From assembly GCF_009914755.1 (NCBI RefSeq), contig NC_060934.1: a DNA stretch of 64,000 nt; one strand, 5' to 3'. This document shows, piece by piece, positions 13,830 to 26,991 of the stretch. The notes beneath the pieces were generated by a model, which did not search any database, was not told the DNA's origin, and saw nothing but the letters and a program-made list of their open reading frames with translations. Source of the stretch: the human T2T-CHM13v2.0 reference genome, Homo sapiens. Made by a program: the position numbers and the translations under genes. Position 1 is the stretch's first letter. Each line of letters starts with the position of its first letter.

Positions 13830-14954
13830 CTGCTCGATGCATACAAACTAAAATGAATAGATGAAAATATTTGTAACAATGGAATTGGAGAAAAATGTGA
13901 AAATTCATTTGGGGTGCTTGTTAGATCTCCAAAAGAGTAGGTTTGGGGTAGAAATGCTGGAAATTCAGTGGTGGTCTGGGGTGAGCTGCCTTGATACTTG
14001 ATCTGTCTTCCTTGGAAGGCATGCATCAGCCCATACCTTAGAATTTGACAGGAGACAATATCAAGGAAAACTTTCTCATCTCACAAAGATGGGAAAGAGG
14101 AAAAGTGATCTGCCATCTCCCTGTGTGTAGAGGAGGGCAGTGGTGCACGGAATAGGAGAGCCAGCGGATGCAGCCACTTGCCCTGCAAAGTTTGCATGGG
14201 CAGCTGGCGTGGGCAGCGATGCTGCTGTGACAGAGGCCGAGGTGCCACCGGTGGTTCTGAGACGTGTGGAGAACATTTCACTCTTGGGAGCTGCTTCTTA
14301 GTCACCGCAAAACATCCATCAGAAACGAATCTGCCCATGTCCTGCCCGTGTGCTTCTGCAACATGTTGTAACCTGACACCGTTTTTGCATAAAGTTTGTA
14401 ATTGGACCATTGCACCAAAGAAACCTGAAAAGCCTGCCGTGAATCATCAGGCACGGGAAGAAAGAGAGTGATGTCACGGAAATCTCATTAAAGTGTCCCC
14501 GTGCACATTGGAGATTCTTCGTTCTGTGCCACAGTCAGGAGAGGGGAGAAAACCTTTCCTAGGTGATGCTCCCTTGAAGGCTAAGTCTGAGTGGTTTAGG
14601 TATTTCCTTTTAAAGAAATCATGCACTATGACAAATGAAAGTGTGTAAGATTGCATTGTTACTTTCCTGTTCATGGCTGGACACACACTGGCGTCAGTCC
14701 TTGCCTGGGAAACAGTGGCATTCTGTACTTTATTGGAGTGCATTCTTGGGAAGCATTTGTTTGAGATCCTCTAGGGTCATCTAAGGGGCTCCCATGGCAA
14801 AGTGGCTGAAGATAAAAGTCAAGGTGAATCTAGCAGCTCAAAGTTTTCATGGGTCATTTATGATGGGTGTTAGGTCATCATCCTTGCCTATAAGATTGGA
14901 AATTAGGAGGCAGACTGACGTTTAAGCAAACAATTAGTAGTGTAAGTAAAGTTA

Positions 14955-15271
<317 letters not shown>

Positions 15272-15282
15272 GCCAATTTGAA

Positions 15283-15680
15283 TGTTCTGTGTATGTATGT
15301 CTACATGCCCATGTGGTATGTGTACACATGTGTATGTGGATGCCTGTATGGTACATGTACCTGTGCCTGTGTTTGCATATGTGCACATGCATGTACACGT
15401 GTAAATCTTTATGTGTATGTAGGTTTGTGTGCAAGAAAGTACATGTCTATATGTGTGTTAACATGTGCATGTATGTGTGCACATGCCTATGTGTACACAC
15501 GTACAATGTGTGCATGCATGTACGCACCTATATAAGCATGTGTGTGCCTGTCTGTATGTGTACATCTCTGTGTACACATACATGTGTGTATAGGCATGTA
15601 TGCATGTGTGTGGCTGCCTGTACGTGTACGTCTGCATGTGTCCACATATGTGTGTATAGGCATGTATACATGTGCATGTG
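15283..15680. repeat. Degenerate (TG/CA/TA)n alternating purine-pyrimidine tract
   Basis: About 400 bp of TGTG/CATG/TACA units. Confidence 0.9.
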
Positions 15681-18214
15681 GTTTGGAACAGGGAGCTACA
15701 GCATGACAGGCATGGCATTGTTCAGAGAAGAGAAGTGAGAGAAAGCTCCTGAACTCCTCCTCAGGAAGGCATCAGGAAGCGCGGCCTCTGCCTATCGGGA
15801 TCTCACCACAGGGCTCTCCTCCCGACCCACTCCGCTGTGAGTAGAAGGGGGACATTGTCCCCACCAAGCCCCTGCATCCAGTTCTTTCCCAGCTGCTTGC
15901 CTTTTTCTCTGCAGGCTCCTGTAGGATGTACAGAGCCTCTTCAAGGGTAGTCCCTGTGACTTCCACCATGGGGTTGAGAGTGCAGACTGAGTTTTATGGA
16001 AATATCTCACGTGGTTCCACTTTCTCTGTTGGGGCCACTGAGCAATGCATTCCTTCTGGGCCCCTGTGGCCTTATTTTTCTGTTTTTTTCTTCACGCCCT
16101 ATTGTTGAAGGTTCTATGGTTTCATATGCTTTATCCCGATAGCATGTTGCCCCCTCATAGCAGCTGGTTATTTGGCCCTGATGAGGTGGAGCTGGGGTTC
16201 CCGTTCCGGCTCCAGCCCTGGGCTGTTTGAAATTCACCCCGCCCTGGCTCTTGATTTCCTCTCCCTCTGGTTTCTAGTAAGGGGAGCGCCAGTCCAGTCT
16301 GAGCTCCACTGTCACTGCCGTCACCTTCTGATGGAAACCTGCTAGTTGTAAAGTCACCTCCCTCCATGCTCCATGGGAATGCTTGACGACTCCAGATATC
16401 CTATAATTAACTGCAGGGCTTGACGGGGGACAGAGAAACTCCACCGCATGTTTATTTTTACAAAGAGGCAGCCGCACAGAGGTTGCTGAGCACACATTTA
16501 TGCTGAAACACTCGCCTAGGCAGCCCTCTTCATGGCCTGTAGGATGACAGTGAGGGCACTGTTGTGTTCAGCAATTGCCACAGGAAATGACTTTATGCAA
16601 ATAATCCCAGGGGAGATGCTGTAGGCTCTGAGAAAGCCGTAATTACAGCTTCCACCCGGGCATTTTCAGTGATCAAGTCTCTGGAATGTAATCTTTCCAG
16701 GCCTTCTGGAACTGGGAGTGATAAACAATCATTTGGGATAATTGCCCGAGAGCAGCCTCCACTCTCCCAGAGGCCGTGGGGCAGAAATTCCAAGTCCCTG
16801 CCTCTGAGAAGGGGGTCCTTTGGCCACCTCCCTCCGCGGTCCTGGCCAACATGTCTGCATCTCTGAAATGGAGCTTTCCTCTCTCCTGGGCTGTTCGGAA
16901 ACCGCCTTCTGGGATAGACATCTCCAAGGAAGAGCTGTGTCTACTTTGTTTCTTCCCCGCCTCTCACACCCGGTTCAATGTGATACCACAAATATGGCGA
17001 GCTGTTTGAAATAATTTGCAGAACCCAACACTGAAGACAAGCTCCAACCTTCCAGGGTATATTTTGAGTATTTTAGCACGAGTGTCAAGATTTTATGCGT
17101 TACAGTATGCTCATGATATCTTCCCTGCGGTTTATTTTGGGCGAGATAAAATCTGTAGCAATTAGTTTCTCACAAGTCTATTTTATGCAGAAGAATCTGT
17201 TATTTCCTAGGCGTGTGATTTCTTTGGTTTTACCTTTACCATGAGTGTCTTCCTTCCCAGATCTCTGCTCCCCCTTGGGGTTGGCAGTTGTCCTTCGCTT
17301 CTGCCTTCTGGGCTGTGCTCCGTCCCTTAAATGCTGTTTGGGAAGACGTCAAGTGCAAATGAGGAAGCTGCTGTAGGTTAGTGAGCCATACCCAGGACCG
17401 AAATAGAAAAGTGCTGGTACCAACAGGAAATGAGAGAGTGTGTGTGCAAAGATGAGGCTATGGTTGGGATTTTGTATTTTAATCTTGTCTGAAACGTGTG
17501 TATTTCTGTCATGGGAACCAGCAAAGGACGTAGAAACAGGTAGCGTAAGACCCCTTAAGATAAAGGGAAGGAGTCCATTGTTTGCATAGAGCAGGTGTCT
17601 ATGGGCGGTCCACTTTCTCTCTTTGCGTTTCTTCGAATTCTTCATTTGTACTCCATTCAACCACTTGTAAACCCTTGGTCAAACTGTTAATTGAGACGTA
17701 AATTCCATTGTAGGTATCCCTGCGATCGAAGGAAATAAAAATTCTGTCTCTCTGGAATTAGGAAGAGCATGCAGAACGTTGAAAGGGTTTAAGATGGACT
17801 AAGGTGTGTGTGAAAATGCCTCTTTTCAAAAAACCAGAAAAGAGAGCCTGCACTAATTACATGATTGTGCTTTCTTTTTAAAAAAGTTTCCAATTTTACT
17901 TAGTTAAATGGGAGAGAAACCACAGCGGATGAGGCACTCCAGGCCTTTTTCTTTTTTTCAGCAGTGGAGCAGCAGAAATCATGGATCACAAGTGTCTCTG
18001 TAATCAGGCTGCACCGAGACATTTCTCGGCATTTCTGATGTTTCAACCCTACCCCACCTGCCAGGAGGAGGCTCCAGCCCGCCAGGAGGGCAGGAGGCCA
18101 TTGCTGCTGCCACTCCAGAACCTCATAAGGGTTTATTGTCTGCCCACAGTGTATTTGTCAAGGTGGGCACCTTGCGTCGTGGGGCACTCTGTTTTTTTTT
18201 CTCTCTCTTTCTTT

Positions 18215-18320
18215 ATATATATGCATACACAGACACACACACACAAACACACACACACACACGGTCATTGCAGTTTACAAAGAAAAGAAAAGAAAAAAAA
18301 GAAGAAAAGAAAAGAAAAAA
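18215..18320. repeat. (TA)/(CA)n followed by A-rich (GAAAA)n
   Basis: Directly visible. Confidence 0.85.
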
Positions 18321-18430
18321 GGCAAACCAATTCCCCTCTGTCTGGGACCCAGATCAGAGCCAGCCTGCCATGACCAGTCTGGAAGAAGGTGGCAGAGAGG
18401 TGGGGCAGCTTCCCGAGGCCTGGGAGGTGC

Positions 18431-18444
18431 GTCTCCATGGCAAC
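18431..18444 (+). promoter_or_regulatory. RFX X-box motif (candidate)
   Basis: GTCTCCATGGCAAC matches GTYNCCATRGNAAC; motif only, no functional data. Confidence 0.4.
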
Positions 18445-18981
18445 TGCGGGGCTTTCCCAGATGATGTCACACATCACACAGGATTCCTGAGATCCACCTG
18501 GAGATTGGCTGGTGAAGGATCACTGCCTTTTATCTTGTTCCAACTCTTTATTTGCGCTATAGACAGGCACTGTTTCTTACTTTAGCTCCGAGAGCAGTTT
18601 CTTCTTGATACCTAAACTGCTGGGCTGACCCCGTGTATCCTAGATTCTTTACAAGGGGGAAAAATATGTTTTTTAAACAAACGTGTTACCAGGGTGAAGT
18701 CTGAGGAGCTGGAAGGGAGGGAGACAGGGGCTTTGCTGTCCTGAAGTGATGCCTTTGCTGTGGCGTGACAGCTCAGACTGGAGCCGGGCCCCAGGGAAGG
18801 GACTAAGGAGGTGTCTGTTGCTTTTCCAGCTCTCCTACTAGCCGATCAGCTCTTCTCCCAGGTGGACCTCCTGATCCTCCGGAACCTCCTGGGTCCTGTC
18901 CCAGCAGCTGCAATTTGCAGAAGAGGAGATTGGTCAGGAGGGAGATGCCGTGGCCTCACTAGCAGCTGCAGGCTCTTTGCC

Positions 18982-19348
18982 TGTTTGTGGTGTAAATGTT
19001 TGAGTCTCCCCCTAATTCACATGCTGAAATTCTCACCCCCAAGGTGATGGTGTTAGGAGGTGGGGGCTTTAGGATATGATGAACTCATAAAGGTGGACCC
19101 CCCATGAATGGGATTCGAGCCCTTTTGAAAGAGATCCTGGAGAGCTCCCTCACTCCTTCCTCACTCCTTCCACCATGTGAGGACACAGTGAGAAGCCGCC
19201 ATCTATGACCCAGGAAGCAGATACTCACCAGATACCAGATCTGCCAGAACCTTGATCTGGGACTTCTGACCTTTAACACTGTGAGAAGTGACTGTGCTGT
19301 TTGAAAGTCACAGTCTATGGTGACAGAACACCACAGGGGACTCAGATA
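18982..19348 (+). mobile_element. MLT1A/MLT1A0 MaLR solo LTR
   Basis: AATGTTTGAGTCTCCCC..CCATGTGAGGACACAGTGAGAAG..ACCTTGATCTGGGACTTC..ACTGTGAGAA. Confidence 0.85.
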
Positions 19349-19599
19349 TGGCCCCCATGCTTGCTACAGGAAGCCTGCGGTGGAGCCCTCTTCCCTCCTT
19401 GAAGTCTGGATATGACTGAAAAACTGTGGGTTCAAGTGTAAACAGGCTTGTTCTGTGAAGATGGACCTTTATTCTGGTAGATTTCAGCGTGTCTTGCTTG
19501 TATTCTCAATTGTGACTTAAGATGGGTGTCGCTGGCCCAGGGTGAGACAACGGGAACTGGCATGGATGCGGCTGGAGGGTACGCACCCTTCTTAAGTGG

Positions 19600-19790
19600 T
19601 AACAGGTGATGTTCATGGAGTGTACATTCTGAGCCAAGCATTATTTTTTTTAATTAATTCTCTTTATAAGTCTATGAGAAAAGTGTTCTTATTAGCCCCA
19701 TTTTAAAGATGCAGAGACGGAGACACCGGGAAGTTGCATGATCTGAGTGCCTTATGGCTGGTGCTGCAAGAGCTAGGAGAGGAGCCAGGA
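19600..19790 (-). mobile_element. MIR
   Basis: TATTAGCCCCATTTTAAAGATGCAGAGACGGAGAC core. Confidence 0.65.
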
Positions 19791-21132
19791 GGTCCCCGTC
19801 CAGTGCCTGCACTTACTGCCAAGCTGTCCTCCCTGCCAGGTCACCACCTGAGAGCAGAAGCTGAGAGAAACTTGCTCTCTGCCCTGGTGGAGGCTGCAGG
19901 CCCTAGGAGGGAGGTTGACTCCTTGCCCCACCAGCTCCATGATTCTGTTTTGTACGGGCCCCACATAGCACGTCCATCTGCCCTGGGCTGCGAGAAGAGG
20001 CACCAGAACTTTGCAGTCAATCAGTTCCAATAGCTGACTAAGACTGAATTGTGTTCATGACCAGCACTACTTGAAGCAATATAGAAGATGTACTTTGAGT
20101 CAATCAGGGAACTCTGCAGGCAACACTCATGTAGAAAAACAGAAAAAAAAATCAAGGTAGAAGAATACAAAGCAACTAAAACGGCACTCATGCAGAAGCC
20201 AATGCCAGGCATTCTCCATTGCTGATAGATTTAAGTTGCTGGCACGAGGCTAGAAGAAAAGGCAAAATGAAGCATTTAAATAATTCAATTTTTCACAAAA
20301 GTACAGGTTAATTCCACATCTTGGCGATTGTGATCAGTGCTGCATAAATATGGGGTGCAGGTGTCTCTTTGGCACACTGATTTCCTTTCCTTGGGGTGCA
20401 TACTCAGAAGTGGGATTGCTGGATCAGAGTTCTACTTTTAGTTTCTTGAGGAACCTCCATACTGTTTTTCACAGTGGCTGTTCTAGCTTACATTTCTATC
20501 AACAGTGTACAAGAGTTTTCTTTTCTTGGCATCTTTGCCAGCATTGATTTTTTCGTCCTTTTGATAATAGCTGTTTTAACTGGGGTGAGATGGTATCTCA
20601 TTGTGCTTTTGATTTGTATTTGATGATTAGTGATGTTGAACATTTTAAATATATTCGTATTTGCCATGTGTATGTCTCCTTTTGAGAAATACTTATTTTA
20701 TCATAGCACTATTCACAATAGCCAAGACGTGGAATCAACCTAAGTGTCCATCAACAGATGAATGGATAAAGAAAATGTGGTGCATATACGCAGTGGAATA
20801 CTATTCAGCCATAAAAGGAAGGGAATCTTGTCATTTGCGGTAGTGAGGATGGAACTGAAGGACCTATGCTAAGTGAAATAAGCCAGGCTCAGAAAGACGG
20901 GTCATGCATGTTCTCACTCATATGTAGACTCTAAAGAAGTTGACCTCATGAAGGCAGAGCATAGATGATGGTAACTGAAGGCTGGGAAGGGTGGAGAGAT
21001 AAGGAGAGGTTGGTTAATGGGTACATACAGTTAGATGAAGAAATAGGTTCTAGTGTTTGATGATACAATAGGATGACTATAGTTAGCAATAATTTATTGT
21101 ATATTTCAAAATAGCTAGAAGAGATTTGAAGT

Positions 21133-21494
21133 TGATATGGTTTGGCTGTGTCCCACCCAAATCTCATCTGGAATTATAGCTTCCATAATTCCAATGTGTT
21201 GTGGGAGGGACCCAGTGGGAGATAATTGAATCATGGGAGTGGTTTCCCCCATACTGTTCTTGTGGTAGTGAACAAGTCTCGTGAGATCTGATGGCTTTAT
21301 AAGGGGAAACCCTTTTCACTTGGTTTTCAATTCTCTCTTGTCTGCCACCATGTAAGACATGCCTTTCACTTTCCACCATGATTGTGAGGCCTCCTCAACC
21401 ATGTGGAACTGTGAGTCCATTAAACCTCTTTCTCTTTATAAATTACCTAGTCTCAGGTATGTCTTTATCAGCAGCATGAAAACAGACTAATACA
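21133..21494 (+). mobile_element. THE1 (B/C-like) MaLR solo LTR
   Basis: TGATATGGTTTGGCTGTGTCCC..CAGACTAATACA; perfect 5-bp TSD GAAGT. Confidence 0.95.
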
Positions 21495-21506
21495 GAAGTT
21501 CTCTCA

Positions 21507-21814
21507 ACACAAAGAAATGACAAATGTTTGCAGTGATGGATATCCTAATTACCCTCGTTTACCATTACACATTGTATGTGTGTATCGAAATATCACAGGT
21601 TCCCCATAAATATGTACCATTGTTTTGTATCAGTAAAGTGGAAGAAAACATTGAAAAATAATGACAAAAAGTGACAAATGTTTGCAGTGATGGATGTCCT
21701 AATTACTCTATTTGACCATTACACATTGTACGTATGTATCGAAATATCATAGGTTCCCCATAAATAGGTACCATTATTATGTATCAATAAAAAGGAAGAA
21801 AACATTGAAAAATA
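21507..21814. repeat. 154-bp tandem duplication of the L1 3' terminus
   Basis: TGACAAATGTTTGCAGTGATGG at 21518 and 21672; both copies end CATTGAAAAATA. Confidence 0.92.
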
Positions 21815-22335
21815 CAGATTAAATTTTTGAATGAAACTTTATTTTCTGTTGTTTTTACCTCCCCCAATCCCCACCACCAGCTCTGAAGTATTCAGACAAA
21901 ATTCCCTCTTGAGTATTATTAATAAGGAAGATACTGGGTGATGAGCAGATGACAAACCTCCTGATTGCCCGTCCTGGGAAACCTTTCTGCGGCATGTCGA
22001 AATGCACCCCTCCATGTAAGTCAAGAGCCCAACACTAATGACAAGGCAGTACAAGCTCCTCCATCTGGGGTCAGGCAGATAAAGTCCGAGTTCACAGTTT
22101 GTTTCTTTTATGCAGTGAAGAACAGAAGAATGAAATGCATATCATTTGTACAATTCCCCAGCAGTATTATTTCTCAGAATCAGGCCTTGAGATACATTGA
22201 AAGAACAAAAACTGTAAAGTTATGGTCTCAGTAATGTTGTATAAGTGTATCAGCTGGCCGTGACTGACATCCCTGCATGAAATGTATGGATCCTTCCAAG
22301 ACTCCGATATAAATGGGAACCACCTCTCGCTTTTA

Positions 22336-22784
22336 TGTGGAGGTGGGTGCTAGAATGCTGCAGGCAGCACCACTAAGGCCAAGAGACTCTGTCTTGGAAG
22401 CTAATCTCCCATGTTGGCTTTGATGAACCCCAGTTCCAGGAAGGCCTCCAAGATTTTCAGTTTATCGATTGTTCCTTGTGTTAGAGCAGGCACTTAGCAT
22501 AAATCCTGCCTGTAGGTCAAACAACTGTGATGTTGTCATACTTCAGTTGTCCTGCATGTCTCTTCTGAACCACCCTTTCCCTGGTACATGAGCTCCAGGT
22601 CTGGGGCTAATGGCGGGGATCCATTCTCTTGTCTAGTCCCCTAAGACACAGACGTGGCTTCTGTTTGTAAGACACTGTTAAATGTTTCTTTTTAAGAGAC
22701 TGGATTTGCCAGCCTCTTTCTTTGGCCTCTCAGCCTCCTTGGACTTCGGGGACAGGTTTGCATAGACTTGCCCACTGTGAAACA
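22336..22784 (+). mobile_element. ERV solo LTR (LTR47-like)
   Basis: CTCTGTCTTGGAAGCTAATC..CCCCAGTTCCAGGAAGGCCTC..GGTTTGCATAGACTTGCCCACTGTGAAACA; subfamily and 5' boundary uncertain. Confidence 0.65.
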
Positions 22785-22919
22785 GAAGGTAGGTGTTGAT
22801 CACTATAACCCTCATGCAAATAATTGCAAATAATTGGCTCGTTTAAGCCCCAAGTTCTACGTTATTGGCCGTAAAAATTGAATGGTGAAGTTTAACCAGT
22901 TGGTTATGAATGTAGTTTT

Positions 22920-23070
22920 TTATTTCAAGGCAATTTACCTATTTAAGCCTCAAATGCTTCATCAATTAATTGAGAATGGTATTAGTGCCTATATATTTGA
23001 AGGTGTTGTAAGATCCAAATGAGATAGTATATGTAAAGAAATTAGTACTGTGATAAATCAGGTATCATAT
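22920..23070 (+). mobile_element. MIR
   Basis: GCCTCAAATGCTTCATC..GTTGTAAGATCCAAATGAGATAGTATATGTAAAG. Confidence 0.6.
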
Positions 23071-23499
23071 AGATACGTGATACTGTAGATAAATCATATA
23101 GTTTATGATCCATAAATACTGTTATAGGAGTATGGCTGTGATGATTTAATCTGGAACATCTTAAAACTGCCCATAGCATTTGCTCATGGAGGCATTAACA
23201 TATATCAAAATAATCTCCATCATGATCAACTTTTAAGCAGTGTAGTTTTCCAGTGAACCCTTGATGAAGATAAATAAGTTACCAGATATACCCCTAATTA
23301 AGCAAATGAATTTATTTGCTCCACAGTGTTATTAGATATAGACAACTTTAACACTGGTTTTAGATCATAAAGTATTTTCTCCTGGCAACTGCAGAAAGAA
23401 GAGCTTTATGTCTCTATTCTGAATTGAGGAGGTATGGTTGGCAAGGGGTTGGGGAAGGCTTTCGTTTATTCGGAAGTCTTTTTGAATCCAGGCAAAGGT

Positions 23500-23884
23500 T
23501 AAATGTTTCATATACACCATAGAATAATATGCAGCCATAAAGAAAAAAAAAACAACATCATGTCCTTTGCAGTGACGTGTGTGGAGCTGGAGGCCATCAT
23601 CCTAAGCAAACTAACACAGGAACAGAAAATCGAATACCACATGCTTTCAATTATAAGTGGGAGCTGGACGTTGAGTACACAGAGACTCAGGGAAGGAAAC
23701 AACAGACATCAGAATCCACTTGAGAGTGGAGGTGGGAGGAAGGAGAGTAGAGAAAACTACTGATTGGATACTGATTACCTGGGTGATGAAATAATCCATA
23801 TGCCAAACCACTCTGACATGCAATTTACCTATATGACCAATGTGCACATGTACCCTTGAACCTAAAATACAAGTTAAAAAAAAA
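23500..23884 (+). mobile_element. L1PA15/16-like 3' end
   Basis: CATGTCCTTTGCAG..GAGGCCATCATCCTAAGCAAACTAACACAGGAAC..CATGTACCCTTGAACCTAAAAT then A tail. Confidence 0.85.
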
Positions 23885-23981
23885 GACACATATTAAAAAT
23901 CAAAGGGCCAGAAAACAGTTTTCTTTCCATGACCCCAAATCTGTCTGGACAGTGTTCCTCCTGCCCTAACTTTCCCTCTGA

Positions 23982-24070
23982 ATATATGTGTATGTGTATA
24001 TATGTGTATGTATATACATATATATATGTGTGTGTGTATATATACATATATGTGTGTATAAATATATACG
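23982..24070. repeat. (TA/TG)n microsatellite
   Basis: Directly visible. Confidence 0.9.
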
Positions 24071-24369
24071 CAAGTTCTTTATAAACTTAAGTCTGTAGCT
24101 TGTGTTGAGTTCAGACAGCTAGTCCAGCTCTGCCAATTCACAGATGTTCCATGGAAGCAGATGATGGCTTAGGATATGGACACACTGAGTGTGGCTCTAA
24201 TAAAGTTGTTTGTTTTATAATTTATACCTCGCTTTGTAAGGTAGTCTATCTTTAATAGAAATTTAAACATTCTGCTATGTTGAGACACATAAAATTATTT
24301 ATAATAATTCTTTTGTTCCCCTCAAATGAAGGCATGATTTAAAGTTCAAACCTTGAAGTTGCCTGTACC

Positions 24370-24590
24370 TAGGTTAAAATCATGATTTGATACACTCCTA
24401 GCTGTAATATCCTAGAGGAGATACTCAGCTTTCTGAAGCTTACTGTTTTTAACCTATAAAACGAGCATCACTGTACCTATCTGTTAGCTTTTGTTGTTCA
24501 GGTTGAATAAGATAATCTATGTACAAAGTATTTAGCGAGTTTCACCTAGGTTAAACACTCAGAGATTAGGAGTCTTCTTGTTATTATTTG
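24370..24590 (+). mobile_element. MIR
   Basis: CTAGCTGTAA..CCTATAAAACGAG..GTTGAATAAGATAATCTATGTACAAAGTATTTAGC. Confidence 0.55.
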
Positions 24591-26991
24591 GATCCCTGGT
24601 TTGTGGCTACAATTTAGTAGCCCGGGGAATATAGGCTGCAGCTGAACCACGGAGAAGCGGTTGTCTGATGCGCTCGTTCACTGTAAAATACTGCAACACC
24701 AAATGACTTTCACCAGTGACACTGGAACGGTACTGAAGCATTAGAGTAAGCTCTCAATAAGTAAGATCCATTTTATTACTATTATTATCATCACCATTGT
24801 TGCTATTCAGTCTAACCTGGAAATGGGTTGTGGGAAGTTTAATTTATTTTAAAAATGGAAATGAAAGTCAATACAGACATTAATTCTATAGCAAGAGGTT
24901 ATATTATTTTAAATGGCTAAAAAGAGGTAGATTATTCTGGGAACAGAATTTGCCCAAGAAGCCAGTAATTGGTTGTTACCCAGGGTTATTGTCCAGGCAA
25001 TACAGACACTTTGAGTAGCTCTGTGCATTCAACATTGTAACAGTGAGTGAGAATATTATCTAGAATGCGTGAGATGCCTGGAAATTGATGATGCTGGTGG
25101 AAAGCGGAGGGAAAGGCCACTCTGTGTGAGAAGCATCAGTGCGTTCAAATGAAAGAATCACTCCGTGATGTGTAGGCTAACCTTTATACATCTGCGATGA
25201 CTGACTCACCTACTCACTAAAATGCCTATCTGCAAAATAACTTTTCAGTTGTAAATCTGAAACCATCCAACTGCCATTCCCAAACTTTTCCCACTGAATC
25301 AATAGTTTATAAAATAATCTCTAACAGTATAAGCTTTCTTGGAAACACAATTATCACATTACAGCCAAACATAGCGTATCTATGCTCTTTTCAAAACCAA
25401 ACATTGTTTCTAGGAATGTAATGCAAATAAACTCTATATAAATACATTTTAAGTACTTTTTTTAAACTGATTTGTTTCTGAAAACTAGTTTCTGCACCAA
25501 AGCTCATGAACAGAGGTGTCTTCAGTGGGATTAAATACTGTCTCAAGGTTGGTTAGCGCTTTCAGATGAAGCATCTCATTTGCTGTCATAACAATGATAC
25601 CTGCCTGACCTTATAAGAACAGGTATCATTATCTTCATTTTCATTTGGGTAAGTTGAAGTTTAGCAGACTTGAATGACTCATCTGAGGTTGTTCTCTCTC
25701 TCTCTCTGAGGCTGCCTCTCCACCTCTTTGACAATCCTCTCTCCAAACCTGTTTTTGTATATAAAGAGGACTAATCTTTCTGGTCTATCCTAATGTCCAC
25801 TTTTGTACCCAGGAAGAGATTATTTCTTTGAACATTTCCATCACAGAACAAATAATTATATAAGGTTTTATTGTGAATTCTCTTAAAATAATGTAGCCCA
25901 AACTCAGAATTTTCAAGAACATAACTCATGTCCCAGAGCACAGATGATAACAAAATACGTGAACGTTTTTGTCTCGGTTCCTGTTAACACTGAAAACTCG
26001 GTCACATCGTATTTTCAAGGAGTCAAGGGCAGATTCCACGTGCCGTCTTCTGTATTGCAATCACCGAAGGTGTTTGGCGGGGAGCCCATGGCTCTGTGTC
26101 TTCCTAAGTTTTTGTGCTTTTTCCTGTCTGCTGTTCTATTAACCTTACTTAAGTAACGGCGTTGAGTGTGAGCTACCTCCTTTCTTGTTAGAAGTGCGTG
26201 AACGTCAGGCAAGCCTCACGCCGCCTGACTGGGGAATGCTTGCCCTCACTCGGCTTTTACGGGATGATTTCCATCACAGTGTTACATCACAGTGTATTCT
26301 AAGAAGCATTTAGCTTCAGGATGTATCAGAGTGTTTTCCAGTAAAAAGCACGTTTCAGGCCATGAGAAAGAGGCTGTGGATGAACCACACTTGGAATTCC
26401 GACTCCTGCGGTGCTCCCAGGTGGAGGAAGTGGCGAAGGGGGCACTGAATGTAGCCTTGGGACATTCCAAACGGGCGATCACCACAGAGAAAGTCATTTC
26501 TTCCTCTCTTTAGAAGCAGCTGTGTTTCCTCAAGAAAGTGACTTTATCTGGCTATTCCATGGGGGAAAGCGAGCTGTCTCAAAATTAGCCTTATATGCTG
26601 TGCGGTATTAAAGGAAAATTATACTTGGCTCACCAGTGAGTCATCGTACTGGTTTCGCTTTATTTTTATTTCTTTTCTACTTTAGGAACTGAAGCTTGAG
26701 GGCAACTGTAGGGGGAAGGTGGGGAGGATGGGAAAGATGCAGAGAGAGCCTGCGCCATGGTGGTCACGAGACAGAGGAGAGCAGAGACATCCCAGCGGCA
26801 TAAGCCTGAGACCCCAGGCAGGGCATCAGCTCTCCGAGCCTCAGGGGCCTTCCCTTTGAGGACATTAGCAAAGGCGTGCTGGTCCTCAGCACTAAGCTCA
26901 CATCCAGTGGACGCTGTTCACTGCCATCAGGGTGTGTGCATTCAGCGTGGCTGGCAGGAGAATGACTCCTTAATACTCTGCCGATTACGCT

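Larger units (their letters stand above)
20303..21814 (+). mobile_element. 5'-inverted L1MA-type LINE (inverted part about 20303-20696, sense part 20697-21814), interrupted by a THE1 LTR
   Basis: Antisense ORF2-end sequence switches to sense at about 20697; L1MA-type 3' UTR; degenerate TSD AAAA(G/A)TACAG(G/A)TTAA. Confidence 0.85.

Noticed and set aside
26431-26447. CTCF-like TGGCGAAGGGGGCACTG
   Set aside because: Lacks the 5' CC of the core; four mismatches in 14
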